DNA of 64,000 nucleotides from Styela clava (Eukaryota): the NCBI RefSeq assembly GCF_964204865.1, contig NC_135255.1, positions 9,796,001-9,860,000 of the forward strand, read 5' to 3'. The notes beneath the pieces are model-generated. The model worked only from the letters and a program-made list of their open reading frames with translations. It had not been told where the DNA came from and ran no database searches. This document shows positions 40,301 to 51,467 of this stretch, piece after piece; positions within the stretch are counted from its first letter, which is position 1, and every line of letters starts with the position of its first letter. A program made the position numbers and the translations under genes.

Positions 40301-42766
40301 CGATATAAGTGTAAGTGGATGGCGAGTTTTTTTTTTCAGTTTGGAGTCAGTTACACTACCGATTGTAAAAGAAAACTTTTTCAAAAGAAAAAATGCACAT
40401 GTATATTCAAAAGTGATTATGCGTGCAAGAAACTAATATGAAAATGCCACCTTAGTGGGTGAAACTTCGAAAGAGTCCATGAAATACAAAAATTATCAAA
40501 TCAGATTACCGGTAATATTATTAAACTGACAACATTAAAATGGCATTTGCTATACTTCAAATTGCTTTTTTTCTAATTTAAGCATGGGCCACTGCAAAAG
40601 AGTAGAAATAAGAAAGATAAACAGCCAATGAATAGAAAACTAATTGTATATGTACTTGGGATAGTTTTTGGTCAAATTCAAATGTCTTTTAATATGATAA
40701 TTTTGTGTAATTTTATTCAAGCAACCTAAATTAGAAAATGCTCTTGCACACGGTGCGGATGACACAGTTTTGTGGGATCCTTCTTTCAGTAAAGAAGATA
40801 TAATAAACAAAACAAAAGAGAAAGGAAGTGATGGCTCTATTCAAGCCGTTATAGATTTTGTCAACTCGGCTGCAACATCATCAAGAGCTATGGGAGTTCT
40901 TTCGAAGGTATGATTAATTCAGCTAAAATCACGCAAAAAAGATTGAATGTCCGTCGACAATTCCTATATTCTACGCAACAGTGTATCTCAAATGTACCCA
41001 GCGAGTATAGCCAACTTAGGAAAAGGTTTGGTTTAATGATTCAAGTTCAGCATCAACCTTTTATTTTAGGGTGGTACTATTGCTATGGTGGGATTATTTG
41101 GCGGATCATTAGAAATCTCCCTGCCATTGTTTGCATTTCTTCTTCAACAAATTCATGGAGTATTTGTCGGTTCTCTGGATCAATTAAAAGAACTTGTACA
41201 ATTAGCTTCAAATACCAAGGTAATGTACATTTAAACAAGCCGGTAGGCGCCCAGGATCTCCGCTGATAGTTGAGGCCCGCACTCAGGCAACCGGTTACCA
41301 CCCATAGAAACCTGAGGATCTCTAACGGCAGCGCGATTCAGAAAATGAGTGGGTTGTTACCGTAACTTGCGAAAAAAAAAATAAAAATTTCATAAAGATC
41401 GGCGTGTTTTTCGTTGTTATCATGGGAACGAAACTTCAATCCGGACTTTCCAAAAACGCAACTTAATAGGGTGATGGCATAATCGACGTGTAAAATTTCA
41501 TCCAGATTGGTCCAGCTGTTAAGACGCTACATCTAAACAGACAGACAGATACACAGACAGAACAAGCCGGTAGGCGCCCAGTTAGATTTCCGCCATTGCT
41601 TGAGGCCCGCATTATTTCAGTTTACTAACGGATAATAGGAGACACTACTAAAAACGCTAGTTCATTTCAAACGCAGCGCGTTTCGTAGACTCACTCGCGT
41701 GACTGGTATATTGTAACTGAAAATTAAAAAATAATCTTCAGTAAAATCCCTAAGGCTCCTCCAGTTTATGAAGTAACGAGATCAAAGATAACTTATTGGA
41801 AAGAGTATTTTGCTATGCGGAAGGTAGCGTTCTTGGAATTTTAATTTTCGACTTGGTTGGCGAGAAAACGGCGATATGTTGTGAAAAAAATTTCATAACG
41901 ATCGGCGCGTTTTTCGTTGTTACCATGGAAATGAAACCTCCATCCGGACTTTCCATAAAACGCAATACTAGGGTGGCTTGATAACCCATGTGAAAAATTT
42001 CATCCAGATTGGTCCAGCCGTTAAGACGCTACATCTAAACAAACAGACAGACAGATATACCGACAGACAAGCCGCTAGGCGCCCATCAGGGTCTCCGCTG
42101 ATAGTTGAGGCCCTCACTTAGGCGCGACCGGTTACCATCTATGAAAACTTGCGCAGGAAATTGCGACAGATTCTCAAAAAATTAGAAATTTCTCGACGAT
42201 TGGATGTTATTTGGTTGGTGCCATGGAAACGAAACACCAATCCAGCCTTTCGAGGAAACGAATAATACTAGGATGACAGGTTAACCTACATGAGAAATTT
42301 CATCCAAATTGATCCAGCCGTTTAGAGGCTACATATAAACAGACAGACAGGACGACTGAGAATAAGGGTCTCCTATAGAGCGGAGATCCAACAGACAGAA
42401 TGACTGATAATAAGGGTCTCCTAGAGCGGAGATCCAACAACTGATAATAAGGGTCTCCTAGAGCGGAGATCCAATATAAACAATTGTGGTTTCATAAATA
42501 GTAACAGAAAACGCGATAATGGGACACGAATAAGTTTAAGAAGTAATCTCTTTTGGTACTTGACCGACCTTCTCAATGAATCGTTTTTTAATATCCTTGA
42601 TAGCGCGGAAAAAGTCGAATAACATTAACAAACACACAATATATTTTCATTCGATGTACAGCTGAAGCCACCTGAGATATCTCATGTCAAGCTTGAAGAG
42701 GTGCCAGAGATGCTAGCAAAGCTGCGTAGAGGCGAAATCACCGGAAGAACCTTAGTGAAGTTTTAA
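37332..42766 (+). CDS. Zn-dependent alcohol dehydrogenase (MDR family), paralog 3
   Basis: Exons 37332-37427, 37873-38041, 38280-38421, 38564-38724, 40201-40310, 40722-40907, 41070-41219, 42662-42766. Motifs CGICHSDVH, FDIGGG, PIVLGHE, VYPWLGCSDCGLC..NFC, LPCSALT, GAGGLG, IDFVNSAATS, MVGLFGG. Confidence 0.93.
39791..39935. mobile_element. Mutator-type MITE (145 bp) in ADH3 intron 4
   Basis: TIRs ggtgaccgtacatttgaacc / ggttcaaatgtacaggaacc. Perfect 9-bp TSD atccttgaa on both sides. Confidence 0.85.
41234..42474 (-). mobile_element. Three nested DINE-1/Helentron-like (HINE) elements in ADH3 intron 7
   Basis: Three left ends acaagcc..taggcgccca (41234, 41561, 42067), each followed by a core ending aaatttcatcca.attg.tccagc + (acag)n. 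Three right ends aataagggtctcc..agagcggagatccaa finish at 42391, 42437 and 42474. Subterminal inverted repeat ggatctccgct / agcggagatcc. Confidence 0.8.
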
Positions 42767-43286
42767 TATGAAGCGTTGTTCAATTTAAGGGACTAATGAA
42801 TTCATTATTTCACCTTCAAATGATTAATATTATTTAGAATAGTAGCTATAAGTTTTCGTAAGGCCCAGCAAAATCAATACTGACAAACTTTGGAATAATG
42901 ATACAAACCAATAATTTCTGAATTGTTTTCATTCTACTATACTATTCCAACGTTTAATTTTTAAGGTTTTTAACTTATTCATGTAACGTTTGATTTATTG
43001 ATCTTGAGATATATACCATGTGCAACACGCGTCATATGATCAAAAATATATATATAATTCATCTTGAGGCAGATAATCAAACATACATGCATAATAAAAC
43101 ATACAAAAATGAAGAAAAAAAAACACGTTTAAGTTTGTTGGAAGAAGATATGGGCAGTGGGCAGTTGACATATATTCGATTTTTTTCTATTCGACACGAA
43201 CAATATTTCACACTTGTGCAACGACAGAACAACCAGATTGCAATTACCGTCGCCAGTTCTATACCTTATCTAAACTCAAACATTCG

Positions 43287-43669
43287 GAGAATGTGATCAA
43301 TGTCTTTATGCGTTATGCGTTCATCTAAACTCCAAAACCACCATGACTAAAATCATTCTCAGGTGAACGACGTTGACATCAGTTTCTTTTCTGCCAAGCG
43401 GGTTAGATTTGACCAGAAAGCAAAATTGGCCAAGTTTGGGATTCTGTCGAAGGAAAAGCCGAGCAGTCCCAATCGCAAGATTCCCTTGAATTGTATACTA
43501 AAAAGCTTATACTATTTTGTCTGTGGTTTGCTTTTGCATTCCATAATAGGTCGTAAAAACATTATACAATTCTATACATTTATTTTTTTCGGAATGGCGA
43601 ACAGGGGGGCCACGAGTGCAAAAAGACGCCGGAAGGGAGCCACGAGCCATAAAAGGTTGGGAACCACTG
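43287..43669. mobile_element. Right half of the hAT MITE carried at the duplication junction
   Basis: Matches 34706-35088 and ends ggttgggaaccactg + ttgtagag. The left TIR is absent. Confidence 0.85.
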
Positions 43670-44186
43670 TTGTAGAGTATGATGAACACGTCCGGAGAAT
43701 AAATTTTGCTTCCATTAATGTTTTAAATACACTAATGAAAAATAGTAGGTGAAAGATCTGACGCAATTCTGACATAAATAGTATAAAAAATGTCACGGAC
43801 TTCTTCATTTCATTCTTGCTGTGATCAACGACGCGGGTCTCGTCAGATATTACTAAGTAGAATTCCTGGGCAATGGGATTTCAAACAGCTGTAGAACGCA
43901 GCGACATGGTCATTTGTAGCTGATTAGCTATATAGCGTGCTTTTGACTTATTAGCATGCCCTTATAGGAAAACTAAGTATAAAGCAGGCTCTGTATTCAG
44001 AATTTTTTTTTGCCATGAAAGTATGAAAGTTTTGGGCTCACATTTTTTCATTCATATCTTAAGTTTCACAACTAAAGAAATGACTTCGCTTACAATTACG
44101 GTACAAGATAACTTAACTTGAATTTATGTAATATTTTCAACCATTTTTATAAGTTGAGTAATCAGATACGAAACTCAGAATCCATC

Positions 44187-44281
44187 ATGAAACAAATGGG
44201 AATTCCTTTTTCGGAAGAACCATTGGCACTAAAATACATTATACGGTTCCAAAACCACCGAAAGGCGGAATTACAGTTAAG
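44187..44281 (+). pseudogene. Orphan, frameshifted ADH exon 1 (copy b)
   Basis: Duplicate of 35621-35715 with the same 1-nt deletion (95 nt). Confidence 0.85.
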
Positions 44282-45089
44282 GTAAAGAACAACTAAGTCA
44301 ATTAGCTTATTAGTAATAACTACAAGTCTGTGACGTAATTGCGTTATATTCTGGTACGTTAAGGTATTTATATCAAAATATTTATCTATCTTGACGCCCG
44401 TGGGCCGTAGTTTGGTGACCCCTGCTTTAGAGCGCGCCCAATGATGAAGTTTCCCATTTCCGCTTCGAATCGATTCGTAAATCCAAAAGTGGCATCCCTA
44501 TTCATGACACTTTAAAGATTTAGTTTGATTGAACTGAACTATATGGGTAATAAAAGATCCGAAGTGAGATGGCAATCAAATCAAACATTTAATGCCAGTA
44601 CTTGAATTATGCGTACGAAATAGAAGTTGCGGGCACGTCTGTGAGGTCGGAATTCGGCGTTACTGGCTATAGACTGAGTGATATTTCAAAACTTTCGACT
44701 TTGGAGTCTAAATGTAATTTTTTTAAGCCGAGAATTTCGGTACTTCTGAAACCAGAGACCACATATGAACTAAGAAACATGTTCGTTTTCACTAATGTTT
44801 AACCACACTCGCATAGTGATATTGCTGGTGGGCAATTCAATAGTGTAGCGTATGATGAACCCAGACGGAGAATAACGGATTTTGGTTTCATAAATGTTGA
44901 GCAAACACAGTAAACAAATATTGTGAAAGTTATGGTTGCATTGTGATCAATGACGCGAGTCTTGCGAGATATTACTAGGTAGCATTGCTGTTCTAAGGGA
45001 TTTTCAACAGGTGTAAAACGCAGCGACATGGTTATTTGTAGATGATTAGCTATAGATCATGCTTTTGACTTATCAGCATGCCCTTATAG

Positions 45090-45582
45090 CAGGGATGTGC
45101 AACCTTTTTCACTGGCGGGCCAAATTTAAGTAACTGAATGAAGCCGCGAGCCGCACTGTTATTTAATATAGACTTTCTAGTAGTTACAGGCACAAAATTG
45201 TTTATTTTTGCTAGTCACCTTACGGCATTATTAGGGCTCCTATAGAAATAGTGAGTTAAACGAATAAACTTCTGAAGGGACTGCTATTTAAATTTATCGC
45301 GCCACCGACTTTAATTCAATTCAGTGGAAAACACGTTTTTGTAATAAATATTGTATTTTTTGCAACAGAATTTTGCTAGTTTTGCTAATATGACAGTGGC
45401 ACTCAGGTTCTGGTATAGGCTTTGTGGCGCAGTAGGATTAGAATTGCTCGCACGTACCAGATAACATAAACTAAATACTCGATTCGCGGACACACCATCC
45501 AAAATTGTTATTTTTCTGCGAGCCGCACAAATTTTTTCTGCGAGCCGCATTTGGCCCGCGGGCCGCAGTTTTCACACCCGTG
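45090..45582. mobile_element. hAT-type MITE upstream of ADH4 (duplicate of 36600-37095)
   Basis: TIRs cagggatgtgcaac / gttttcacacccgtg. Perfect TSD ccttatag on both sides. Confidence 0.88.
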
Positions 45583-45822
45583 CCTTATAGGAAAACTAGG
45601 TACAAAGCAGGCTCTGTATGCAGAAATTTATTTCACATGTAGGTGTGAAAGTTTTAGGCTTACATTCATATATATCTTAAGTTTCAGAACTTAAGAAGTG
45701 AGCTCGCTTACATTCACGGTACAAAATGAAAGAATCTAAATTAATGTAATATTCTCAATAGTGAGTAGAAACTTTTTTTTCATAAGTTGAGTAATCAGAC
45801 ACAAAACTTAGACGAATCCATC

Positions 45823-48800
45823 ATGAAACGAATGGAAATTCCTTGTTCGAAAGAACCAATGATATTGAAAGACATTGATACGATTCCAGAACCACCGAAA
45901 GGTGGAGTTACAATTAAGGTAAAGAACAGTTTGGTCGGTTAGTTTGTTAGTAATAACTGCAAGTATGTGATTATATACGTATATGTATTTATGTCGGAAT
46001 ATTTATATATATCTTGATGCCAGGGTTCAATATCCCCTTTGTTGTTAAGTATCACTGTTTTGTAAAATTATATTTCATTATAAATTATCTATGTTTTGCT
46101 AACATGGAATCCATAAGTTTATGTACGAAAAAAGAAAATAATTTATTATCAATTTTGGCCCGATGTTTTTAGGTTTTTATTTTGCACTGTCGCAAAATAG
46201 TATATATACTATAGTTGTCTGTTAATATATACAATCAATCCAAAAAGAATTCCAGTCAGAGTTATACATCAACAACCTAAAACAAATCTCAAGTATATCG
46301 ACGATTTGAATTCCATATTGTGAAATGATTTGACATTCTTGTGAAACACACTTTTGTTTTAATTCAGGCAGCTTTTTGTGGAATATGCCACTCAGATGTT
46401 CACATGTTCGATGATGAATTAGATATTGGTGGAGGGATATTTCTGAAGACACAGGATATCAATCCAAATGTTGAATATCCAATCGTGTTGGGGCATGAAA
46501 TATCTGGGACCGTTCATGCTATTGGAGAAGAAGCCGGTGAACGCGTAAATTTTTATAAAATACAGTATTTCAAATGATGATAGTAGACAATAAAATATGA
46601 CACAAATGCAATTGTTGATGAGTGCAAATGTATCTACCGTAGTTCATTAACCGACTCAAAAATGGTTTAGCACCGTTTTAAATGAACACCAAAATAAAGT
46701 AGCGACAAGGCTATCATTCAGACCATACAATCATATTCAGGAGATGATTTTAATAAATTTGTATTTAGATAATACGGACTTGAAAGTTGGTGACAGAGTT
46801 ATTGTCTATCCATGGCTTGGCTGTAGTGACTGCGGATTATGCGATGGAGAACAAGCAAATTTTTGTTGTGGACAATCAAATTATATTGGATGCTCTGGAC
46901 CTAATGGCGGGTAAATATCTTATGTTGAGCTTCACTCACTCACTATATATATATCAAATTTGGGTGGTATATTTCGTTTTATTCTTTCCTATTTTTACAC
47001 TTTATATGTTTTTTACAAAATAAAAATCATTCAATTGTATGCATTTCTTGCTCTAGATATTCTGAGTACATGAAAGTTACCAACCCAAAATACGTGCTAA
47101 AATTGCCTGACAATATACCATTGGATATCGCAGCAATGCTGCCATGTTCAGCACTAACCGGATATAACGCTGTATCAAAAGTGAAACCAACAATAGAAAG
47201 ATTCATCAACGCCAAAGGTATATCATTGTATTTCAGTCTTTTAGTTTGTAGAAGGCCTATAATTTTAACCCGTACTTCTCGGTTCGGTACAGTTCAAAAT
47301 AAATATTACATACAAAGGTTGAATGATTTAGGTTTACTCCCGTGAAAATATTTCTATGGATGGCTATAGCAGTCAGGCGTCAAAAATGTAAACGATCTTG
47401 TTTACTAACATTGAATTTACAAAATTCAACAACGCTATCTTTGATATGCGCTATCAACAATTTTGTCTTATCGAAAAAATTCTTGAATAAGAGTGATCTT
47501 ACATGGGAAAAGTAAATATTTGTTTTAGAATGTAAAATATCCGGTTCAGCGAACGGCACTGCAATGAATTACAAACGGATTTGTTTCAATCGCATCGAAG
47601 TAATTTGAGTGTCGCAGAATATAAAACCCACGATCTTTGCGTGTCATAGTCTGAACAAGCTCCATTTGGTAGCTAACTGATCTATGCCTCTTGGAGTGTT
47701 TCAGTCGTTCTTTTACCTCTATTATATAATTCAAACCGATGTTATATATGAAACATACCTAATGCAATACAGTAATCCGGATGACGCATATAATAAAATT
47801 TCCTAGCTTCGCTGTTTCATTATGCTTTGATACTTTGACATATTATCAGTCGTGAAATTGCGGTACCTGTTAAGGTGTTACTAATTTATTGTCAGCTCCT
47901 GTGCAGTGATACGAGACTATAAAATTATCGTGTTGGCACCGAGCGGTGATAAAAAACTTACATAGCAAATAATGAACAATTGAATTTAAAACGAAATGGG
48001 AGCAATCATCTGATTTTCTATATAAAGTTCGAGGTTTTTACCACTACAAAGGCGTACCGACAATTGAAAGAATGTTTTATTAAAATCAAACAAACAGACA
48101 GACGATTTAACAATGATACATCAAATATAAAATACCGCATACATACAATACTACTAATGTATAATGTACCAGTTACATTTATTAAACAAGTTTGAGCAAA
48201 TCGATTCGCTGGACCTCATCTGTAAGGCAGAATCACAAGCTGCCATTGGCAGGCCGGCATTTTTATAACTATGTATCCTTGAAGGTGACCGTACATTTGA
48301 ACCCATGTGTATATCCCGGGGTTCAATCAATATGCGTGTGCTAAAACCCATGGGTTAGTATGAGTTCAAATATCTGCAAAACAAAAAATTTCCATAGGTG
48401 CAATAGTCGGTTCAAATGTACAGGAACCATCCTTGAAAACTAGATGATAGTAAATAAATTACGTTCACATAACAAATCATTGAAGTACACATGTCCACGA
48501 CCATGTAATGACCATTTATGGACGTTACCCTTCTCCAAAACAAAAAGTAGCAAGAGTATTGGTGTCGGCTGGTAGTGATTATTAATATCATGTTCTCACA
48601 AGTTAATATAATTCTATAACATTGATATACCAGAAACAATTTGAAGCATCTGCTGGACTTTGGACATTAATCATGATTTTGTACTTTATGAAGGTAAAGC
48701 TACTTTGCTAATTATTGGAGCAGGAGGACTTGGATTGTGGTGTCTACAAACGGCAAAGGCAGTTTTACCGGAAGGAACGCGGATAATAATCTCCGATATA

Positions 48801-51467
48801 AGTGTAAGTGGATGGCGAGTTTTTTTTCTCAGTTTGGAGTCAGTTACACTACCGATTGTAAAAGAAAACTTTTTCAAAAGAAAAAATGCACATGTATATT
48901 CAAAAGTGATTATGCGTGCAAGAAACTAATATGAAAATGCCACCTTAGTGGGTGAAACTTCGAAAGAGTCCATGAAATACAAAAATTATCAAATCAGATT
49001 ACCGGTAATATTATTAAACTGACAACATTAATTTAAATGGCATTTGCTATACTTCAAATTGCTTTTTTTCTAATTTAAGCATGGGCCACTGCAAAAGAGT
49101 AGAAATAAGAAAGATAAACAGCCAATGAATAGAAACTAATTGTATATGTACTTGGGATAGTTTTTGGTCAAATTCAAATGTCTTTTAATATGATAATTTT
49201 GTGTAATTTTATTCAAGCAACCTAAATTGGAAAATGCTCTTGCACACGGTGCGGATGACACAGTTTTGTGGGATCCTTCTTTCAGTAAAGAAGATATAAT
49301 AAACAAAACAAAAGAGAAAGGAAGTGATGGCTCTATTCAAGCCGTTATAGATTTTGTCAACTCGGCTGCAACATCATCAAGAGCTATGGGAGTTCTTTCG
49401 AAGGTATGATTAATTCAGCTAAAATCACGCAAAAAAGATTGAATGTCCGTCGACAATTCCTATATTCTACGCAACAGTGTATCTCAAATGTACCCAGCAA
49501 GTATAGCCAACTTGGGAAAGGTTTGGTTTAATGATTCAAGTTCAGCATCAACCTTTTATTTTAGGGTGGTACTATTGCTATGGTGGGATTATTTGGCGGA
49601 TCATTAGAAATCTCCCTGCCATTGTTTGCATTTCTTCTTCAACAAATTCATGGAGTATTTGTCGGTTCTCTGGATCAATTAAAAGAACTTGTACAATTAG
49701 CTTCAAATACCAAGGTAATGTACATTTAAACAAGCCGGTAGGCGCCCAGGATCTCCGCTGATAGTTGAGGCCCGCACTCATGCAACCGGTTACCACCCAT
49801 AGAAACCTGAGGATCTCTAACGGCAGCGCGATTCAGAAAATGAGTGGGTTGTTACCGTAACTTGCGAAAAAAAAACTAAAAATTTCATAAAGATCGGCGT
49901 GTTTTTCGTTGCTACCATGGGAACGAAACTTCAATCCGGACTTTCTATAAAACGCAACTTAATAGGGTGATGGGATAATCGACGTGTAAAATTTCATTCA
50001 GATTGGTCCAGCTGTTAAGACGCTATATCTAAACAGACAGACAGATACACAGACAGAACAAGCCGGTAGGCGCCCAGTTAGATTTCCGCCATTGCTTGAG
50101 GCCCGCATTATTTCAGTTTACTAACGGATAATAGGAGACACTACTAAAAACGCTAGTTCATTTCAAACGCTGCGCGTTTCGTAGACTCACTCGCGTGACT
50201 GGTATATTGTAACTGAAAATTAAAAAATAATCTTCAGTAAAATCCCTAAGGCTCCTCCAGTTTATGGAGTAACGAGATCAAAGATAACTTATTGGAAAGA
50301 GTATTTTGCTATGCGGAAGGTAGCGTTCTTGGAATTTTAATTTTCGACTTGGTTGGCGAGAAAACGGCGATAAGTTGTGAAAAAAATTTCATAACGATCG
50401 GCGCGTTTTTCGTTGTTACCATGGAAATGAAACCTCCATCCGGACTTTCCATAAAACGCAATACTAGGGTGGCTTGATAACCCATGTGAAAAATTTCATC
50501 CAGATTGGTCCAGCCGTTAAGACGCTACATCTAAACAAACAGACAGACAGATATACCGACAGACAAGCCGCTAGGCGCCCATCAGGGTCTCCGCTGATAG
50601 TTGAGGCCCTCACTTAGGCGCGACCGGTTACCATCTATGAAAACTTGCGCAGTTACCGAAATTGCCTGTTCATTTTGAACGCTGTGCGTCTGCTTTTCAT
50701 CGTTGCGGGAGGAATAAAATGTGGCTAATTATTGAAAATTCCCAGAGCTTCGCCAATTTACAAGGTATCGAAATGAATGGCGGCTTGTTAGGGAAAGCAT
50801 TTTTTTCCGCGAAGGGTAGCAATCTCAGAATTTTAATTTTCGACTTAGTTTACGAGGAAATTGCGACAGATTCTCAAAAAATTAGAAATTTCTCGACGAT
50901 TGGATGTTATTTGGTTGGTGCCATGGAAACGAAACACCAATCCAGCCTTTCGAGGAAACGAATAATACTAGGATGACAGATTAACCTACATGAGAAATTT
51001 CATCCAAATTGATCCAGCCGTTTAGAGGCTACATATAAACAGACAGACAGGACGACTGAGAATAAGGGTCTCCTATAGAGCGGAGATCCAACAGACAGAA
51101 TGACTGATAATAAGGGTCTCCTAGAGCGGAGATCCAACAACTGATAATAAGGGTCTCCTAGAGCGGAGATCCAATATAAACAATTGTGGTTTCATAAATA
51201 GTAACAGAAAACGCGATAATGGGACACGAATAGGTTTAAGAAGTAATCTCTTTTGGTACTTGACCGACCTTCTCAATGAATCGTTTTTTTAATATCCTTG
51301 ATAGCGCGGAAAAAGTCGAATAACATTAACAAACACACAATATATTTTCATTCGATGTACAGCTGAAGCCACCTGAGATATCTCATGTCAAGCTTGAAGA
51401 GGTGCCAGAGATGCTAGCAAAGCTGCGTAGAGGCGAAATCACCGGAAGAACCTTAGTGAAGTTTTAA
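45823..51467 (+). CDS. Zn-dependent alcohol dehydrogenase (MDR family), paralog 4 (near-identical to paralog 3)
   Basis: Exons 45823-45918, 46368-46536, 46769-46910, 47057-47217, 48694-48803, 49218-49403, 49565-49714, 51363-51467. Amino-acid differences seen versus paralog 3: DEFDI>DELDI and LLVIG>LLIIG. Confidence 0.92.
48284..48428. mobile_element. Mutator-type MITE, duplicate copy
   Basis: Same TIRs and 9-bp TSD atccttgaa as 39791-39935. Confidence 0.85.
49729..51174 (-). mobile_element. Three nested DINE-1/Helentron-like elements in ADH4 intron 7
   Basis: Left ends at 49729, 50057 and 50563; right ends at 51091, 51137 and 51174. The innermost element retains ~204 bp (50653-50856) that is missing in the ADH3 copy. 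Confidence 0.8.

Noticed and set aside
42350-42474. Three ~33-bp direct repeats with a hairpin that superficially resemble a CRISPR array (also 51050-51174)
   Set aside because: The spacers are 3-13 bp microsatellite remnants, the context is a eukaryotic intron, and no cas genes are present. They are explained as stacked Helentron-like termini.
20323-51467. Bacterial contamination as the source of the microbial-type ADH sequences
   Set aside because: The genes have seven spliceosomal introns with animal transposon insertions and are contiguous with metazoan lectin and CCP genes.
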